A stretch of DNA of 59,766 bases, the filler included, from Sphacelaria rigidula (taxonomy: Eukaryota), in NCBI GenBank assembly GCA_964200075.2. It is 9 parts of 9 records of this genome, joined end to end, with 100 filler letters (N's around TTAATTAATTAA, not from the genome) between each part and the next. Parts side by side here need not be neighbours in the genome. Positions count along the whole stretch, not along the records: positions 19,957 to 26,508 come from CAXNAA020019392.1; positions 26,609 to 33,160 come from CAXNAA020019393.1; positions 33,261 to 39,812 come from CAXNAA020019394.1; 6 more parts are not named here. One strand, given 5' to 3'. The position numbers and the translations under genes were made by a program. Below the pieces are notes generated by a model. That model searched no databases. It saw only the letters and a list, made by a program, of their open reading frames with translations, and had not been told where the DNA came from. Below, piece by piece: positions 25,331-38,499 of this stretch (position 1 is its first letter; each line of letters begins with the position of its first letter).

Positions 25331-25695
25331 TAGGTTTTACCCCGTATCTTTTGCTTAAGCATTGGACTATTATTGTGCCTATTGTATAGAGTGTGAACTC
25401 TACCGAGACTTCACTGACCCCCTCCTTCCCTCCACCACCACTAGGCTGTCATCTGAACCGTGGTTTGTGTCACTGCTCTCGTGCCTAGATCCGTGTCCTG
25501 TAACGGGTGTGGAAGTGTGGGGATTAGTTGTGGTGGTGCGGGAAATGAGTCCCTCGACGGGTACGTACCCAAAACACGCATGTTTGAGCAAGTGCCAAGT
25601 ATCGTGTGCGGTAGTGCGTCGAATTGACTCATATTTCTAGTGGGAAGCGAATCACAACATCGCAAATGTTTTTTCAAGGCGTGTGTTGGGCGCTC

Positions 25696-26508
25696 TGGGG
25701 GGAGGTGCACTCCTTATGTTGCATGCCGTAGTCATACGGCCGTTGACCTCGCATCCGACACTTTCTATGATAGCCCCTGCCCCGAAAAGTGCCTGGTTTG
25801 GGCAGGCAAAATCTTCACGTGAATCGAAATGGAAGAACACGAGCACAAGGAGCAGCCGGGAATTCCCACGCTTGGGTTCGTTCTCCCCGACGTCGCCCAT
25901 ATGGGGCGCTTCATGCAGCCTGAACCCAAACATCAGGCGCTGTATGACCATTTGTTTCGTGACACTTTTGGGCTGGTTTTGGGGGGCTATCATTATAAGT
26001 GTCGTCCCTACAAAGCTGGGATGGAGCACGCCGGGTTTGCGCCGGACCAGGCTCGTAATCAATCACCAGGCGCGAAGCGTCGTGATGTGTTGAGCGAGTC
26101 GCATGAAGAATGTGGTGGATCCTGCTCAGATTATTCGACCCGAAGCGTACTGGTTATCATGCATATGGCATATAGATGACAGCTTCCAATGAGTTGCCTC
26201 ATTTTCCTGGTATCGCCACTTCTCCGACAGCCACGGTTTCCACACTGCCTCATGGGTGTCTCACCATGTGAAAACACGACGTAGTATAATCATTTCCTCC
26301 TTTGCGCAAGAAAAACACAAGCGGGCAAGCAAAAAGCGGTAACCTAGTTGCCCACCTTGCGCAGTGAGTGGCGTGTTTTACGGCGTCACTGCCAACCAAC
26401 GCTAACCCCATAGGGAGTCCCGTCCCCACAAAGCCGAGACGGAACCCGGCGTGTTTTCGCCGGACCAGGCTGTTCGGGGGGGTGTACTCATGATCATGCC
26501 TGCCATAG
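25696..26508 (+). mobile_element. G-run-headed repeat region with nested MITE (25756-26004)
   Basis: The G-run repeat is split at GCATC|TCCCTACAAAG by a TIR element related to 14180-14446. 26190-26270 matches 13305-13380. A new G-run head starts at 26476. Confidence 0.65.
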
Positions 26509-26608
26509 NNNNNNNNNNNNNNNNNNNNNNNNNNNNNNNNNNNNNNNNNNNNTTAATTAATTAANNNNNNNNNNNNNNNNNNNNNNNNNNNNNNNNNNNN
26601 NNNNNNNN
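26509..26608. other. Artificial contig linker
   Basis: 44N-TTAATTAATTAA-44N. Confidence 0.99.
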
Positions 26609-27567
26609 GCGAGTCACATGAAGGGTTAGCTGCATCCTGCTAAGGTTGTTCGGCCCGAAGCGTACTCGCCAAGATGTCGAGGCAACTTGCCCGACAGGGT
26701 GCGTGTAGCGTACAAAACAATTATACGTATCGTGGAGACACACAGAGTGATCAGTGAGGATATAATACGGGGAGCGGTAGCGAGCCGTGGGGGAACGAAA
26801 ACAATTCGCAACAAAGACAGGGGAGCAAGAGAAGGCGCTGCGGAAAGCAACTATTTGGGGGGATTCGGGGAAGACCAAATCGGGCACAGCAACAATAATG
26901 AGTTTAGTTCGTTCGGAGGGGTTGCCGTGCGTTCCGACGTATGAATGGCCGTGTGACGTGTTCGTGATGATTATTATGCCGTGTCTTATCGTATGGAAAA
27001 AAATGAGCACAAAAAAAGAGAGCGAGAAAGGCAGCTTGCCAGCCCACAACGACCACTAGACCGGGTCCTGAGGAGGAAACACAAAAGAGACTTTTCCGGA
27101 AGAGCAGCAATTGGTTCGGGGCTGGATGAAGTCAGAAACAGGTCTGGAAATTTCACTGGGCGTGCGTGACTAAAAGACGTAAAGCCTACAATACGCAGCC
27201 TGAACGAAAACGCACAGACACCCACAGCACAAGCGTATCGTGCCTAGCGCTAGCTCTTGCTCACCGACACATGGTGTTGTTTGTCTATTTGTTTGTTTCA
27301 TGGCAATCCGTTCGGTATCGTAAGAGAGCTTGTGCACGCTTATAATCCGGCGTATACTTTGTCTCTCGGCTTGGTTCTCCTTCTTTCTGTTCAGCCCCCC
27401 CCCCTCCCCCTCCTCCTGCTCATGACTTTTCTACAGGTGTGCTTCCTTTGCTTCGCGTTGGGTACGCCTATTTAATTGCCATGACTGTATCCGTAGCGGG
27501 TCAGCTAGTGTGCGACAATCAATGAATCAACCAACCAATCAACCATGAAATCAAGCGATCCATTTAC

Positions 27568-27797
27568 CTGGCCAACGCCAGCCCTGCTGCACGACTTTCG
27601 TCTAACCCCGTTCCTGCCGCCTGCCGCACGGTATGACGGTCGACGTCGAGGCGGAGCCGGACAGCGCGAGGCCCCGGCAGATCGCGAACGGTAAGCAACT
27701 GCGCCGCATTTTTTGCAACGTTCAGCATCCCTTGAGATGGCGTTGTGGTTTGATGCCTTCCGCTGTTGCGTGCCACGGCGACCACTATCGCGACGAC
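27568..27797 (-). CDS. Probable exon of an unidentified multi-exon gene in contig 5
   Basis: GCAG acceptor, AG|GTAAAT donor, GC-rich open frame VVAIVVAVARNSG...AAGLALAR. Confidence 0.5.
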
Positions 27798-28013
27798 CTG
27801 CGCGCATGGGACGATGGGTGCAGGACGGGGGCTTCAGCTTGCGATAAGAAATTAAGTTACACCTTTTGAAAGACCGTAGTGAACATAATCGCGGATGATG
27901 ATTCATTCTGAACAGTTGCTTTGACGGCCCTGGAAACAGACCTCGAAACAGACCAGACCACCCGTTCCACGAGATTTTCAACTCGTTTTTTTAAGGGACT
28001 TTGAACTTTCGAG

Positions 28014-29966
28014 TAGGGCTCTTCACGCGGTGTTGCATTATCGTACAAAACCCACCTGGGATACCTTACGCGATGTCCGCATCCACGTTTGATATTCATC
28101 TGGGATGTCAGATCCACCTAGGACATCCATCTGCGAGATTCTGTCTCAGGGCTTGGGATGGGGGCTAGGGCTTGGATTAGGGTTAGGGTTAGGGTTAGGG
28201 TTAGGGGTGGGGGTAGGCACAGGTGTCTCATGTGGATATTACCATCTAAGGTGGGCGCCCATCAGCGAAATCCAAGGTTTAGATGGACATCCCAGATGGA
28301 TCTGACATCCCAGATGGATATCCCAGATGGACATCCCAGGTGGACATCCCAGATGGGTATCCCATGTAAATATGAGCTACCAGATGGGAGTTGCACGGTA
28401 GTGCACGCTTGCTATTCCCAGGAAGATGTGACGGGGACGGGTGCTGTACACTTTACCTAAATAAATGACGGGAAAGGACGGGTACTATTTCCTGTAGCTT
28501 GAAAATCACACAACAGGAGGACTGGTATCTTTTCCGTTGCCTGAAAAGATGACGGGGCGGAATGGTCTATCAAGTCCCGCGATTGCGGGGCAAGTAAACC
28601 TTCTGCCGTCAGATTTCATCCCGTCTCGTCACCCCGTCAAGGAAATATGAAGTCCGTCCCGTGAGACCCCGTCCCGTCCCGTTCCACTTTTGTATGCACG
28701 TGGACATGAACAAGTCGATATACACGCCTTGAGACCAGGATTTCGTAGCGCCCATTCTTTGACGCCACGAACGAAGGAAGAATCTGTGGTTTTCACACAA
28801 ATGAGGTGATGAATACGGTACCATCAAACGATAACAAGAGCAAGCACGGCGACATAATACGCTAGCACTAGCACCCAGCTAGGTATCACAGAAGCTGACA
28901 CCCAATGCGGCAGTCCACGCTCGATAAGAGCAGCCAACCGGCACCCGGTGTGTAGATTAATCGTGACCGTTCGTGCAGCTACTGTACCGCAGGTGATGAT
29001 TTGTATCACCGGCACGTACTATTCCACGCCCCTCCCCCCCCCCTTGAATGGAAAAAAAAACGTACTAAGCGCTCAAATGTTGGAGGTGCCTCTATTGGGA
29101 GTAGGAACGGTGCTTCGTCTCGAAAGGGGTGTGTGGTCAATGGTCAAATGACTGAGCAACAAATGGGTACACCCCTGCCCACTCTTCCCCCCCCCGGTGC
29201 ATGTCACGCCGGGATGATAACGTTTGGAACAGTATTGGTACCATGTCGGTGTCTACGGTGCAGTGTTTGGCTATGTGGTACATCACCTCCCTCCGCCCCA
29301 GAATAATCTAGATGACTGGACTACCCCCCGGGTGATAGGTTTTCGGGTGTCGAACACTGATTCCCTGGGAGTAGCACGCACAGTCACGTACGGCTTTGTG
29401 CTGTGAAAACCACAAATGCTGTACGACCCTTGTATGAAGGTGTCTCCTATTTGGTAAACATCGAAATCTCGCTTGAACATCTTCAACTTTCATCTCAACA
29501 AGATCCAACTTGCACGCACGCAATATACGGCATCCGGTGAGAGTTGAAGGTAATTCAACGCCCCGCTCACGTTCACAGGACGTCCCGTGAAGAACAGCAG
29601 GAAGCGGTCACAGACGTCCCCTTACAACGGGACGAGCACGAGAAAAACGAACAGTGGTTCGGGGACTTTCCTCGTCGACTTGGAAAACGACCGGAAGGGA
29701 CATATACTTTCCCCGTCTCCTGGAAAGAGAACGGGACGGGACGGGACGGGACGGGTACGTTCCAGCCGCCGGGAAACAATGGCCGAACGATACGGGTACT
29801 TCTCCCATGGCGATCGGACAGGACGGATACGCTTCCCGTTGCCTGGAAATATGACGTGCAGGGAAGGGAAATTTGAGAAAGTGCCGACACGGGACGGGAC
29901 GGGTCATCCGTCCAGTCGCTTTCCGACGAATTTTCCCGTGACATTTTTGTCCTGTGAAACACCCTG
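28014..29966. mobile_element. hAT-like non-autonomous element(s) with (CGGGA)n subterminal repeats
   Basis: Ends TAGGGCTCTTCAC and GTGAAACACCCTG; flanks CTTTCGAG / CTATCAAG are a 6/8 match to an 8-bp TSD. GACGG/CCGTC arrays at 28430-28685 and 29620-29945. May be two truncated copies. Confidence 0.5.
28051..28388. mobile_element. Foldback element with central (TTAGGG)5
   Basis: CATCTGGGATGTCAGATCCA on the left is inverted on the right, where 13-bp ACATCCCAGATGG units are tandem. Perfect TTAGGG x5 at 28177-28206. Confidence 0.7.
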
Positions 29967-31414
29967 CTATCAAGCTGGAAACAACCACGGGAGTTGACAA
30001 CCATCCCAGCAACCTGCACCAACGCTCTCGCGAGTATACACAACAATACTCCACGTGTACATCTGATTTCAAGCACCCACCAGACCGAGAAACGCTCGCG
30101 AGAGACGACGGGCACCACATGGAAACAAGTCCGACACAAGCTGCAGCAACGCATCTGTCAGTTGTGGAGTCCACGCGACAACGAATACCATCACGATTCG
30201 AACGCTCGACGCATAATGTGAGGAGTGCACAATGCGCGTAAATCACGGGCTCAAGGCATGTATGTATGCGTACACGCGGAGCACAGATAGTGAGGGGCTG
30301 GGATTTAAGGGAATACCGTATTTTGACAACCGTCGTTGAAACTCTGTTTCGGAAAAAGAGGGACGCTTGACTTTTCGAGCGGCAAGTGCTGCAAGTACAG
30401 CACGTGTGTTGAACGATCATCAGCGGTTACAGCTACCACCTTGACAAACAGATGAGCGCTGACGTGCGTGTCAAGTCTAACGTAAGAGATACTTTCGAGG
30501 GCTGTGTCGCCTAAGCCCACAACACGAAATTATCGGAAGTCGATCAATCATGAGCTTGTGGGGGTCGTGGTGCGCGTAAACTAGTACCCAAAAACGGCTC
30601 TTTTCGAAACTGGAGAACAGTTGAAGGGGCGCCAACCAATGGAAAGACGAGCAGGCTCAAAACATGGGATCAAGATTACGCACGAGAGTCCGTCGTTTGA
30701 GGCAAAAAGAAGGAAAGCATTTGCTTTTACTGAAAACGCACATGCTATACACAAGCTTATCTCGTCAGCTAGCTTGCACACCTTGTATACATGCTTTCCT
30801 CCTTTTTGCCATCTGACCAATAGAACAAATGATGGCGGACCTCGAGATGAAAGCTTTGACTATTCATTGTAGTACATTGTTTTCTCAAACGCCACAGAGA
30901 GGACACAATGATACGTCAAAACACAACAACACGATACGGTATCATCGAACTACGAGCGTAGCGGGCACGTATGTGTACAGTAGACAACAGCATTAACGCA
31001 CGTATAGTGACAAAACACTTCCCAGACAGGCATAGCCGCGTCTACCTTCTCATCGGCGGTGAAAAATGGCGATGTTGTGGTCCTTTTTGGAACAATTCAG
31101 ACCTCACGAGAGGAAAAAACAAACTTAGATGATAACGTTTTCCTGGTCGCGTCGAAATGTGTCGCTGCAAACGATATTTGGTTTTGCTGCGAGATCGTTC
31201 GAAACGAACTTCGGCTCGGCGTCAACCTCCAAATATGAAGAAGCGGGCTCGGAACGTCCGTCTCGATGTTGGCCATGTACTATATAGCACTCAATGCATG
31301 TCACGTGCAAGCCATACATATTATAGCCAGATGGGCGATTTACTGTCTACTCTAGATAGTCTCGGAACGGTAGCAGTCATTAATCTGCAAGACATTCCTT
31401 CCTCATAAACTCAC

Positions 31415-31688
31415 ATGAGGCGCTTTTCGTGTCAACCAGGGCGCATTCCGACCCATCGTTTGCCGTCGCTCGATTTACATTCACTGACGGGGCCGTCTCA
31501 GGCCTCCGAGCATGCTTTTTCCCACAGTGCTGTCTCTCTTGCCCGAGCACACACTCTTTGACCGCAACGCTGTAATGACTCTCGGCCACTTCGCTACCGT
31601 CTGGGGAATCTCCCTGTGCGGTTACCATCGGGGCTTCCGGCCGTTGTTCGACACTCAAGAGCCCGTCCGCGGCGCTACGTTTCAGCAT
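31415..31688 (-). CDS. Probable exon, contig-5 minus-strand gene
   Basis: Pyrimidine-rich CAG acceptor, perfect GTGAGT donor, open frame MLKRSAADG...DTKSAS. Confidence 0.5.
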
Positions 31689-31828
31689 CTGATGGGGGAG
31701 GTGAACGTCGAGGACGGGGGTCATCTAATACCACGTCTACTCTTGCCGTCACTACTACGCGTATTCTTGAGGATTGTCGGGAAAATGTTTTCGCGCTCGA
31801 GTGCTGTTGGCCTTGCTGTGTCTTACTC

Positions 31829-32015
31829 AGGGCTAGGATTAGGGTCAGCGTTAAGGCTAGGGTTAGGGTTAGGGTCAGGGTCACGTTTATGGCTATGGTT
31901 ATGATAATAGATAGGGTTGGGGTCAGGGTTATGGTCGTGGTAAGGGTTATGGTCAGGGTCAGGGTTATGGTCAGGGTCAGGATCAGGAATAGGGTGAGGT
32001 TGGAGTTGGGGTTAG
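31829..32015 (+). repeat. Degenerate interstitial telomere-like hexamer array
   Basis: About 30 units of TTAGGG/TCAGGG/TTATGG variants. Confidence 0.8.
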
Positions 32016-32669
32016 TAGAGAATTACTGGTCGCGGGTATTCGTAGGGTGAGCAGCAGATTATTTTCCCATATGATAGACCTCAGCGTGAACAAGCAGCTG
32101 CTCACGGTTCGAAGACGCTGGTATAATAGGAGGATAGCCTTAACCATGACACACCCGCGGCCCTGTCGCCTGAAAAATACCTCGCCAAACACGCTGATAC
32201 ATCCGTGTGTGCACATGATAGTGAGGGTATAGAGGATGCCAATGGGGGAAGCGGTTCACGGTGAGCTGAAATTGTCCCGCGGTCTAGTCAGCAGAGTGAA
32301 AAACTTCAAACCAAGTAAGGAAGTAGATGAAGTGGCGTGACTCATGGTGTTACACCGAGGGGTCGGTGTCCAGATGGACAGCTTTGAGGATGCCACTGCC
32401 CCTCACGACGCTGTCGTAGCTACCGCTGGGCATCCCGACAACGAGGAATTGGAACACAACGACCCTGTGTGTACATGCGTTGAGCGTCCCGTGGTCCCTG
32501 AAGGGGTTCAACGGCTGCCTAGTATGCATACACTTATTTTCACCGGAGGAAAGCGCCAATGTTCAGGTAGCCCGGCAATTGACCTCGAAATAGTGTTGAT
32601 ATTCATTTTTAGAACACTTTTGTGTGTGCAGCGAAGGAATCAACACTGTAAATTTTGGTACAAACGCAC

Positions 32670-32750
32670 CCTCAAGTGTTTTAGTAGTGGAGTTTTGCCC
32701 TCTCCAACAACATCGCGACTTGGGGCAAGGGCTACCGATAGGTTAGGGTC
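32670..32750 (-). CDS. Candidate 81-bp exon, contig-5 minus-strand gene
   Basis: TGCAG acceptor, GTGCGT donor, DPNLSVALAPSRDVVGEGKTPLLKHLR. Confidence 0.35.
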
Positions 32751-33087
32751 CTGCAGTCGTCGAAACGTGACTTGTGCTTGTTGATGTGGGAATACTCGAT
32801 TCGCAGCAAAGGGGTTATTGCCATTTTCCCCTTCTGTTTGACGCGGAGCATGCTGCAACTTATTTTGTGCCATTTTGTGATATGCAGCTGGAACAAGGAA
32901 ACGGCATATAACATTATGGCAAGAGCACCGAATCATCTGTCACGCACCTTGACTTTGTATGCACGTGCAAAACTTCCCAGATCACTGCACCCTGAAATGT
33001 CCAAAGCACATACATGACAGATTTATCTCCCCTGGTCATGGCGGAATTTCAATTCGAGTGAGCGTGTAATATAATGCAATATATGAT

Positions 33088-33160
33088 GGTGGGTGTACTC
33101 ATGATCATGCTTGCCATAGTCATCAGACCATTGACCTCGCATCCCTACAAAGCCGGGACG
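33088..33160 (+). repeat. G-run-headed repeat (subfamily b) at contig end
   Basis: Matches 19957-20025 (inverted) and 26476-26508. Confidence 0.75.
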
Positions 33161-33260
33161 NNNNNNNNNNNNNNNNNNNNNNNNNNNNNNNNNNNNNNNN
33201 NNNNTTAATTAATTAANNNNNNNNNNNNNNNNNNNNNNNNNNNNNNNNNNNNNNNNNNNN
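33161..33260. other. Artificial contig linker
   Basis: 44N-TTAATTAATTAA-44N. Confidence 0.99.
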
Positions 33261-33324
33261 TTTAATCCTCCGGGTTCTCATCCTCAATCAAAAGCACCAT
33301 CCTCAACATAGATGATTGGCTGTT
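33261..33324 (-). mobile_element. Right end of AACAG-type MITE (family of 4006-4448)
   Basis: Matches ~4385-4448. Confidence 0.75.
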
Positions 33325-33326
33325 TA

Positions 33327-33575
33327 CAGCAGCAGTGTCGGCGGTTGGGCTCGGGATTTAGCCAGTCATATATCCCGCAACGTTTGCGGTTGACCGTCTT
33401 ACGATCTCCTCCGACCTACTCTAGCACGCCACTCAGGCCGCTTCCTACGAGCTCGGCCAGCCTAGAGGGGGATTTGAAGTTTTGAGGCCCATGCTCCCGC
33501 CAATATTTGGAGTTGGACCCTGAAATTTAGTATTTACAATGAAAAGGGCATGAAAGAAAAAATGACCTCGGTACC
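33327..33575 (+). mobile_element. Arm A plus core of an asymmetric foldback repeat (copy 1; arm-B fragment at ~34460-34672)
   Basis: Reverse complement of 38056-38296; starts TA|CAGCAGCAGTG. Confidence 0.75.
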
Positions 33576-36500
33576 AAGAGGGGGCAAAAACAATATTCCT
33601 GGACACACACCCCTATTTCTTTTATTTTTGACCTTCTGAGAGGGGATGGGGGGGTCCGCCCTAATTATTTTCTGCAGATATATCGAGTCAGCACTCATTC
33701 CCGAACACACCAAGTACACTAACCCTAACCTGACGTTGATTAGGGTTCGGAATCGTTGATCAGAGTCAAAGACAGCAAGATGAAGGAAGAGCAGCAGATG
33801 GTGTTTGCTGTCCCGGTCCAGATGGGTATCGAGATATAGTTTGCTTCGTATCTCGAACTGGTGGTTACTGTCTCTACTGGGTGCTCTGTTCTCTTACAAT
33901 CAATTCGGGTTCATCCATAACTCTAGCGCCTGCCGTAGGTTCAACGGATGATACAACTGGGTGGTGTGCCTGTGCACTCGACTGTTTATCTTCACATAAA
34001 CCATCGCTCAAGATTGGTGCACAGCCAGGGGAATGACCTCTACTCGCAGCACTATGCCGGCGGTTAGACTTGAGTGTTGTGCCAGATTTCAACTCTAAGG
34101 CCCTGCTAGCACCTGCCTGCAATAATGTGCCTGCAGATTGGTTGACACCTCGATCTATACAGAGGTGTGGATCCTTGCTAAAAACCAAGCCCAAGGTTTC
34201 GTCTTTTTGTTATATATATAGAAAGAGACAAATGCAGCACCACACACCTACAAACGACAGCACAAGAGTCGGTAGAGAGGCACAAACGGCACACATGAAT
34301 TGTTTGGATAACGTCTTCCTCGTCTACTGACGTCAACAAGGCTCCAAAACACCCATTTCGTTTGGAACGTTTTTTTTTTTTTTCGGCCTGACGAGAAGGG
34401 GGAGGCGGGGGGGGGCGTGTGGGTCTAGGAATATTTTTCTTGTGCACCCCCGTCGATATCAAGAGTTGTTTTTCATGAGTTGAAGGCATTTTACTGATCG
34501 TTCATGCCCTGGACTGCTAGAAAAAACTATTTTGGCACGTCTACGATAAAAACTTCAAAATGAAGGCCCACTGTTTTTTCATGCGCAACACTATCGCGGT
34601 TCTCCGTGCCAAGTTTTAAATAAAAATTCTAAAATTGAGCTAAAACATCGAGATAAGTCTAAGAGTAACGTAAAATATCTGCCTCTGCTCTTTTCGGATT
34701 TTTTTCGTTACCCTGTTTCGGATTTTTTTACGATATCTGCCTCAGAGATAAGATCATTTTCTTGCAAGAAAACTGACAAAAATATCATGACATTTTCATC
34801 ATCATGTCCTCTGGGGAGGGGGGGGGGGCTATGTGTCCGAGACGTTTCTCCGCGCTACCCCCTTGGCTACGCACAAATATATTACACTAGTATACCATCG
34901 CAAAAAGTATATCCACCTATATAGGTGGATCCTTGTTTCCACCGTGATCTTTTATCATGACCGATTCCGCGTTGTTTCTTCTAATTCGGGAGCCCACAGT
35001 TTTTTAATCAGCTGCCCGTTATCGATGCTTTCCAACAAACTAGGTTCGGATTACGAGCAAAACCAGAGCCAAGTTTTTGACTTTGAGAGCGCCACTAGTA
35101 GCCTGCCACTGAGTCCCTTGATACCCCTGACTAGGATGTTGACGTGTAGCTGTAAGAACACGATGGATGCGAAGAAAAGCACACACGGAATGAAAAATTG
35201 GCGAAGTTAAAGCGAATCATCAAAGCCACTCAGTCAGCGCTCTACTCTCAATCTCACGAAAACGTTGTTAGTCGTACAATGCGGTGCCACAATACAGGCC
35301 GCGGATTTTGCGAACAGTACGGCATCACAAGTATAGGCTATGCTTCGCAAACACGGCACAGCTGTAGCCTGTACTTGCTATCTTGGACTACTCCATGTCC
35401 GAGTACAGGCTGTACTCTGCCAGGTTGCGAGCACGCTGTACTCGGGAGCACAGTAGGCAGCTATGCTTTGCCAATACAGTACAGTACCCTACCGTCCTCC
35501 TATCGATACATTCAGCGGGTGACGATGATTTTTGGTTTATACAATTGATGAAGCACGGAGATATGATAGATACCCTCACCTTCACCTTATTCGTAATCTG
35601 TCTAGTTCGCTCGCGGTCGGAATCTTGCCTCGCCCGACAGCCGCCGCGATCCCTGAGATATGCAGTGTCGAAATAGGCGCATCGGCACGCATCATGCTCA
35701 ACTGAAGCTACCACCAAGGGTTTTGAGTCACTTTTTTTACGTTTTGACCTACCTTCGTGAACTTCTCTGCAGTCGTAACTGCTCCGACATTTTCTTTTTT
35801 CGTACGATCTCCGGGCTTTCTGCTGGGTACGTTGTCGATCGCCTGAAGGGGCGGAGTGTTCCGCGAGACGCGCGAGGGCAGAGGCCAGCCGGCTTCAGTC
35901 AAGGGCATGGTGGCGGGTGAAGCCTGCTGTTGTTTGTGAAGCGGATGGAAAGGAGAGTGGCGAAGGGGGTACTGGCGTCAGAGGAGCTGACACCAGTCGT
36001 GAGTCGAAGCGAGCGCCAGCGCAAGCCGGTACTACGATGCGCACAAAAATCTGAGGTTGCGCTATCAGGTACTTGTCACAGGCATACGGGCATATGTACA
36101 GCATCGATCGAAACTCCCTTGATGAGTTTCACAGGCGTAGCGGCATATACACGCCAAAACACTCATCACAGATGGACAAAGCAAGTTCGGGTTCAAATCT
36201 GTACTTTCGTTGTGTTCACTTCGCGGCGCAAATGTTGTTTCAACACCGTCCCACGTAAATGGATTGTATTTGGGCAGGCTGCATCGCCAGCGTTCCTCGG
36301 CAATGTTCCTCATGATGAGGATTGAAGGCAACAGTATGCACGAGACAGTTGAAAAAACAGCTTGTCTCGTCCGTGTTGTCGTGTATGTCACGGCCCGTAT
36401 CTCGCCGCGACCTTCCCGTTTGCAAACTACAAAGAGCGCACAGGCAAATTCGGGTACACCCGCTCGTTCCGTGGCGTACCTGCACATCGCCCCTGAAAAG

Positions 36501-37537
36501 TAGAGCTTGAAGATCCCTCAAGTGCAGGTGCTCCCGCGAGACGAAAAAAACATGATAACCGCACATCACCCACCCCGCCTCTCCAGCACCCCACCTAAAT
36601 CACACCTCGCAGTCGTTCCCTCAAGGTGGAAGATCACAGCAATCGGATGCGAATGCAGAGGAGTTCACGGAGGTGATTAGGAACCAGCCTTGCTCCGGTT
36701 GCTGGATGTACACTCGCTGGAGCGGGCTTGCACAGTCTTGAACTTTGATTTGAACTTATTGTAATTGTTTTCCGGGTCGGCCTCCTTCACACTTGCGGTA
36801 TTTCGTTCGAGACGACAAACGTGGATTGTAAGAACAACCGACCTCGCCCCTCTTGAGCGGTACAGTAGGGTCTGCCTGTACTGTATCGAGTCGCTCGTGA
36901 GGCCACTCCGTGTAACAGACAAAAATAAAATCCCGAAAAAGCTGCTCACCTCCCACAGATAGGGGTAACTCAAAGTGAAGTAAAGCATTTTCGCGGCAAT
37001 CCAGAGTATGGCCGAGCATTTGAAAATCGCCGCTGCGCAAAAATCGAGGACCCACCTGAAATCAGGGCAAGGACTATCGAATGGGGCATGCGTTGTATGA
37101 CTGTGCTGTAGCACAGACACACTCATGGTCTGTCTTGTGCGTTGCAGGTGTCGCTGCGCTGTGGCGGCTTGAGGCCTTTTTGGAGACAGTTTGATCTCCG
37201 GTGGGAGTGCCTGATTTGCTCAAAATATTGTTGGCACGCAGTGCTCTTTACACACACTTGAAACTTTCATGGGGTGTTGACTGTTTCGTCTCGAGTCAAA
37301 GGAATGAGGCGCTCCCCAAACCCATCACCTTCCCCCTCATATGGGCTTCGTGAAATATCTCTGGAGGGATTCAAAACGTCTGGTGGGCTTTGCGAGGTTC
37401 GTAAAATATCTGCCTCTGCTCCTTGCACCCTATACCCCGACGACTTCAGGCATAGGAAAAACACAAAACAGCGACGCTTTTCACCTTCATTTTTGCATCT
37501 TTTTTTCGTGTTTGTAGTGGAGTTTTGGGGGGAAACG

Positions 37538-38296
37538 AACGTTGCTCTTGGGCCTCATCTCGATGATTTGGCTCAATTTTTAGAATTATGATTTGAAACT
37601 TGGCACGGAGAACCACAACAGTGTTGCGAGTAAAAAAACAAGTGGGCCTTCGTTTTTCAAGATTTTTTCGTAGAGGTTACGTTGTTCGCGTGAAGAAATG
37701 GTCTTCACCACACTAGAACGCCCTAAGACTGTGAATTTTTTTTTTGAAGAACTGACCTGCTTTGTTCTGTTGATTTTTCCTTGGAGAGCGCCTACGCAAC
37801 ATTTCAATAGACGAAAACCACACGCCGGCCGGTGGGTGGCCTTCGGAATACTGTTCCGAGTTTCGACCGATCCTGGTTGCTGAAGGCCCATGCTCCCGCC
37901 AATATTTAGAGTTGGACCCTGAAATTTGGTATGCACAACGAACGGGGCATGGAACTAAGTTACCTCGGTGCCAAAAACGTTTTTTCAAACAGTCCGGGGC
38001 AATAATCAGTTTTTGGTTCCCAGCAAAATGCCTTTCACTCATGAAAAACAAAATGTTACCGAGGTCATTTTTTTCATGCCCTTTTCATTGTACATACTAA
38101 ATTTCAAGGTCCAACTCCAAATATTGGCGGGAGCATGGGCCTCCAAATTTCAAATCCGCCTCCAGGCTGGCCGAGCTCGTACGACGCGGCCTGAGTGGCG
38201 TGCTAGAGTAGATAGGACGATATCGTAAGACGGTCAACCGCATTGCGGGATATATGACTGACTAAATCCCGAGCCCAACCGCCGACACTGCTGCTG
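37538..38296 (-). mobile_element. Asymmetric foldback repeat (copy 2): arm B - core - inverted core - arm A
   Basis: Core GGCCCATGCTCCCGCCAAT..TTGGACC.TGAAATTT is forward at ~37885 and inverted at ~38100-38142; outer arms match 33327 and 34530-34672. Confidence 0.7.
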
Positions 38297-38499
38297 TACG
38301 AGCTGGGCCAGCCGAAAAACGGATTTGAGCTGATTAGTAATCTCGTCAACATAGACGAGTTGGGCCGTGATCCACATATCGTATCAACTGTCTGATCAAT
38401 GGCAAGGTGCCCGTCTGCTCACACGTATGGGCCCATATTTTCTCGTTGATTAAACCCCATGCCTAGTAATTCCTATACCTAAGGGGGATAGCGCAAGTA

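Noticed and set aside
28177..28206. True chromosome end
   Set aside because: Only five units, internal to a contig and flanked by inverted repeats.
31616..32050. ORF with RVRVRV/GLGLGL repeats (also 28105-28460)
   Set aside because: Translations of telomere-like hexamer repeats.
33327..38296. Single 5-kb transposon with 250-bp TIRs and TA TSD
   Set aside because: The other arm of the repeat is also present twice in inverted orientation (34530-34672 and 37538-37675). Two oppositely oriented copies explain the pattern better, and no transposase lies between them.
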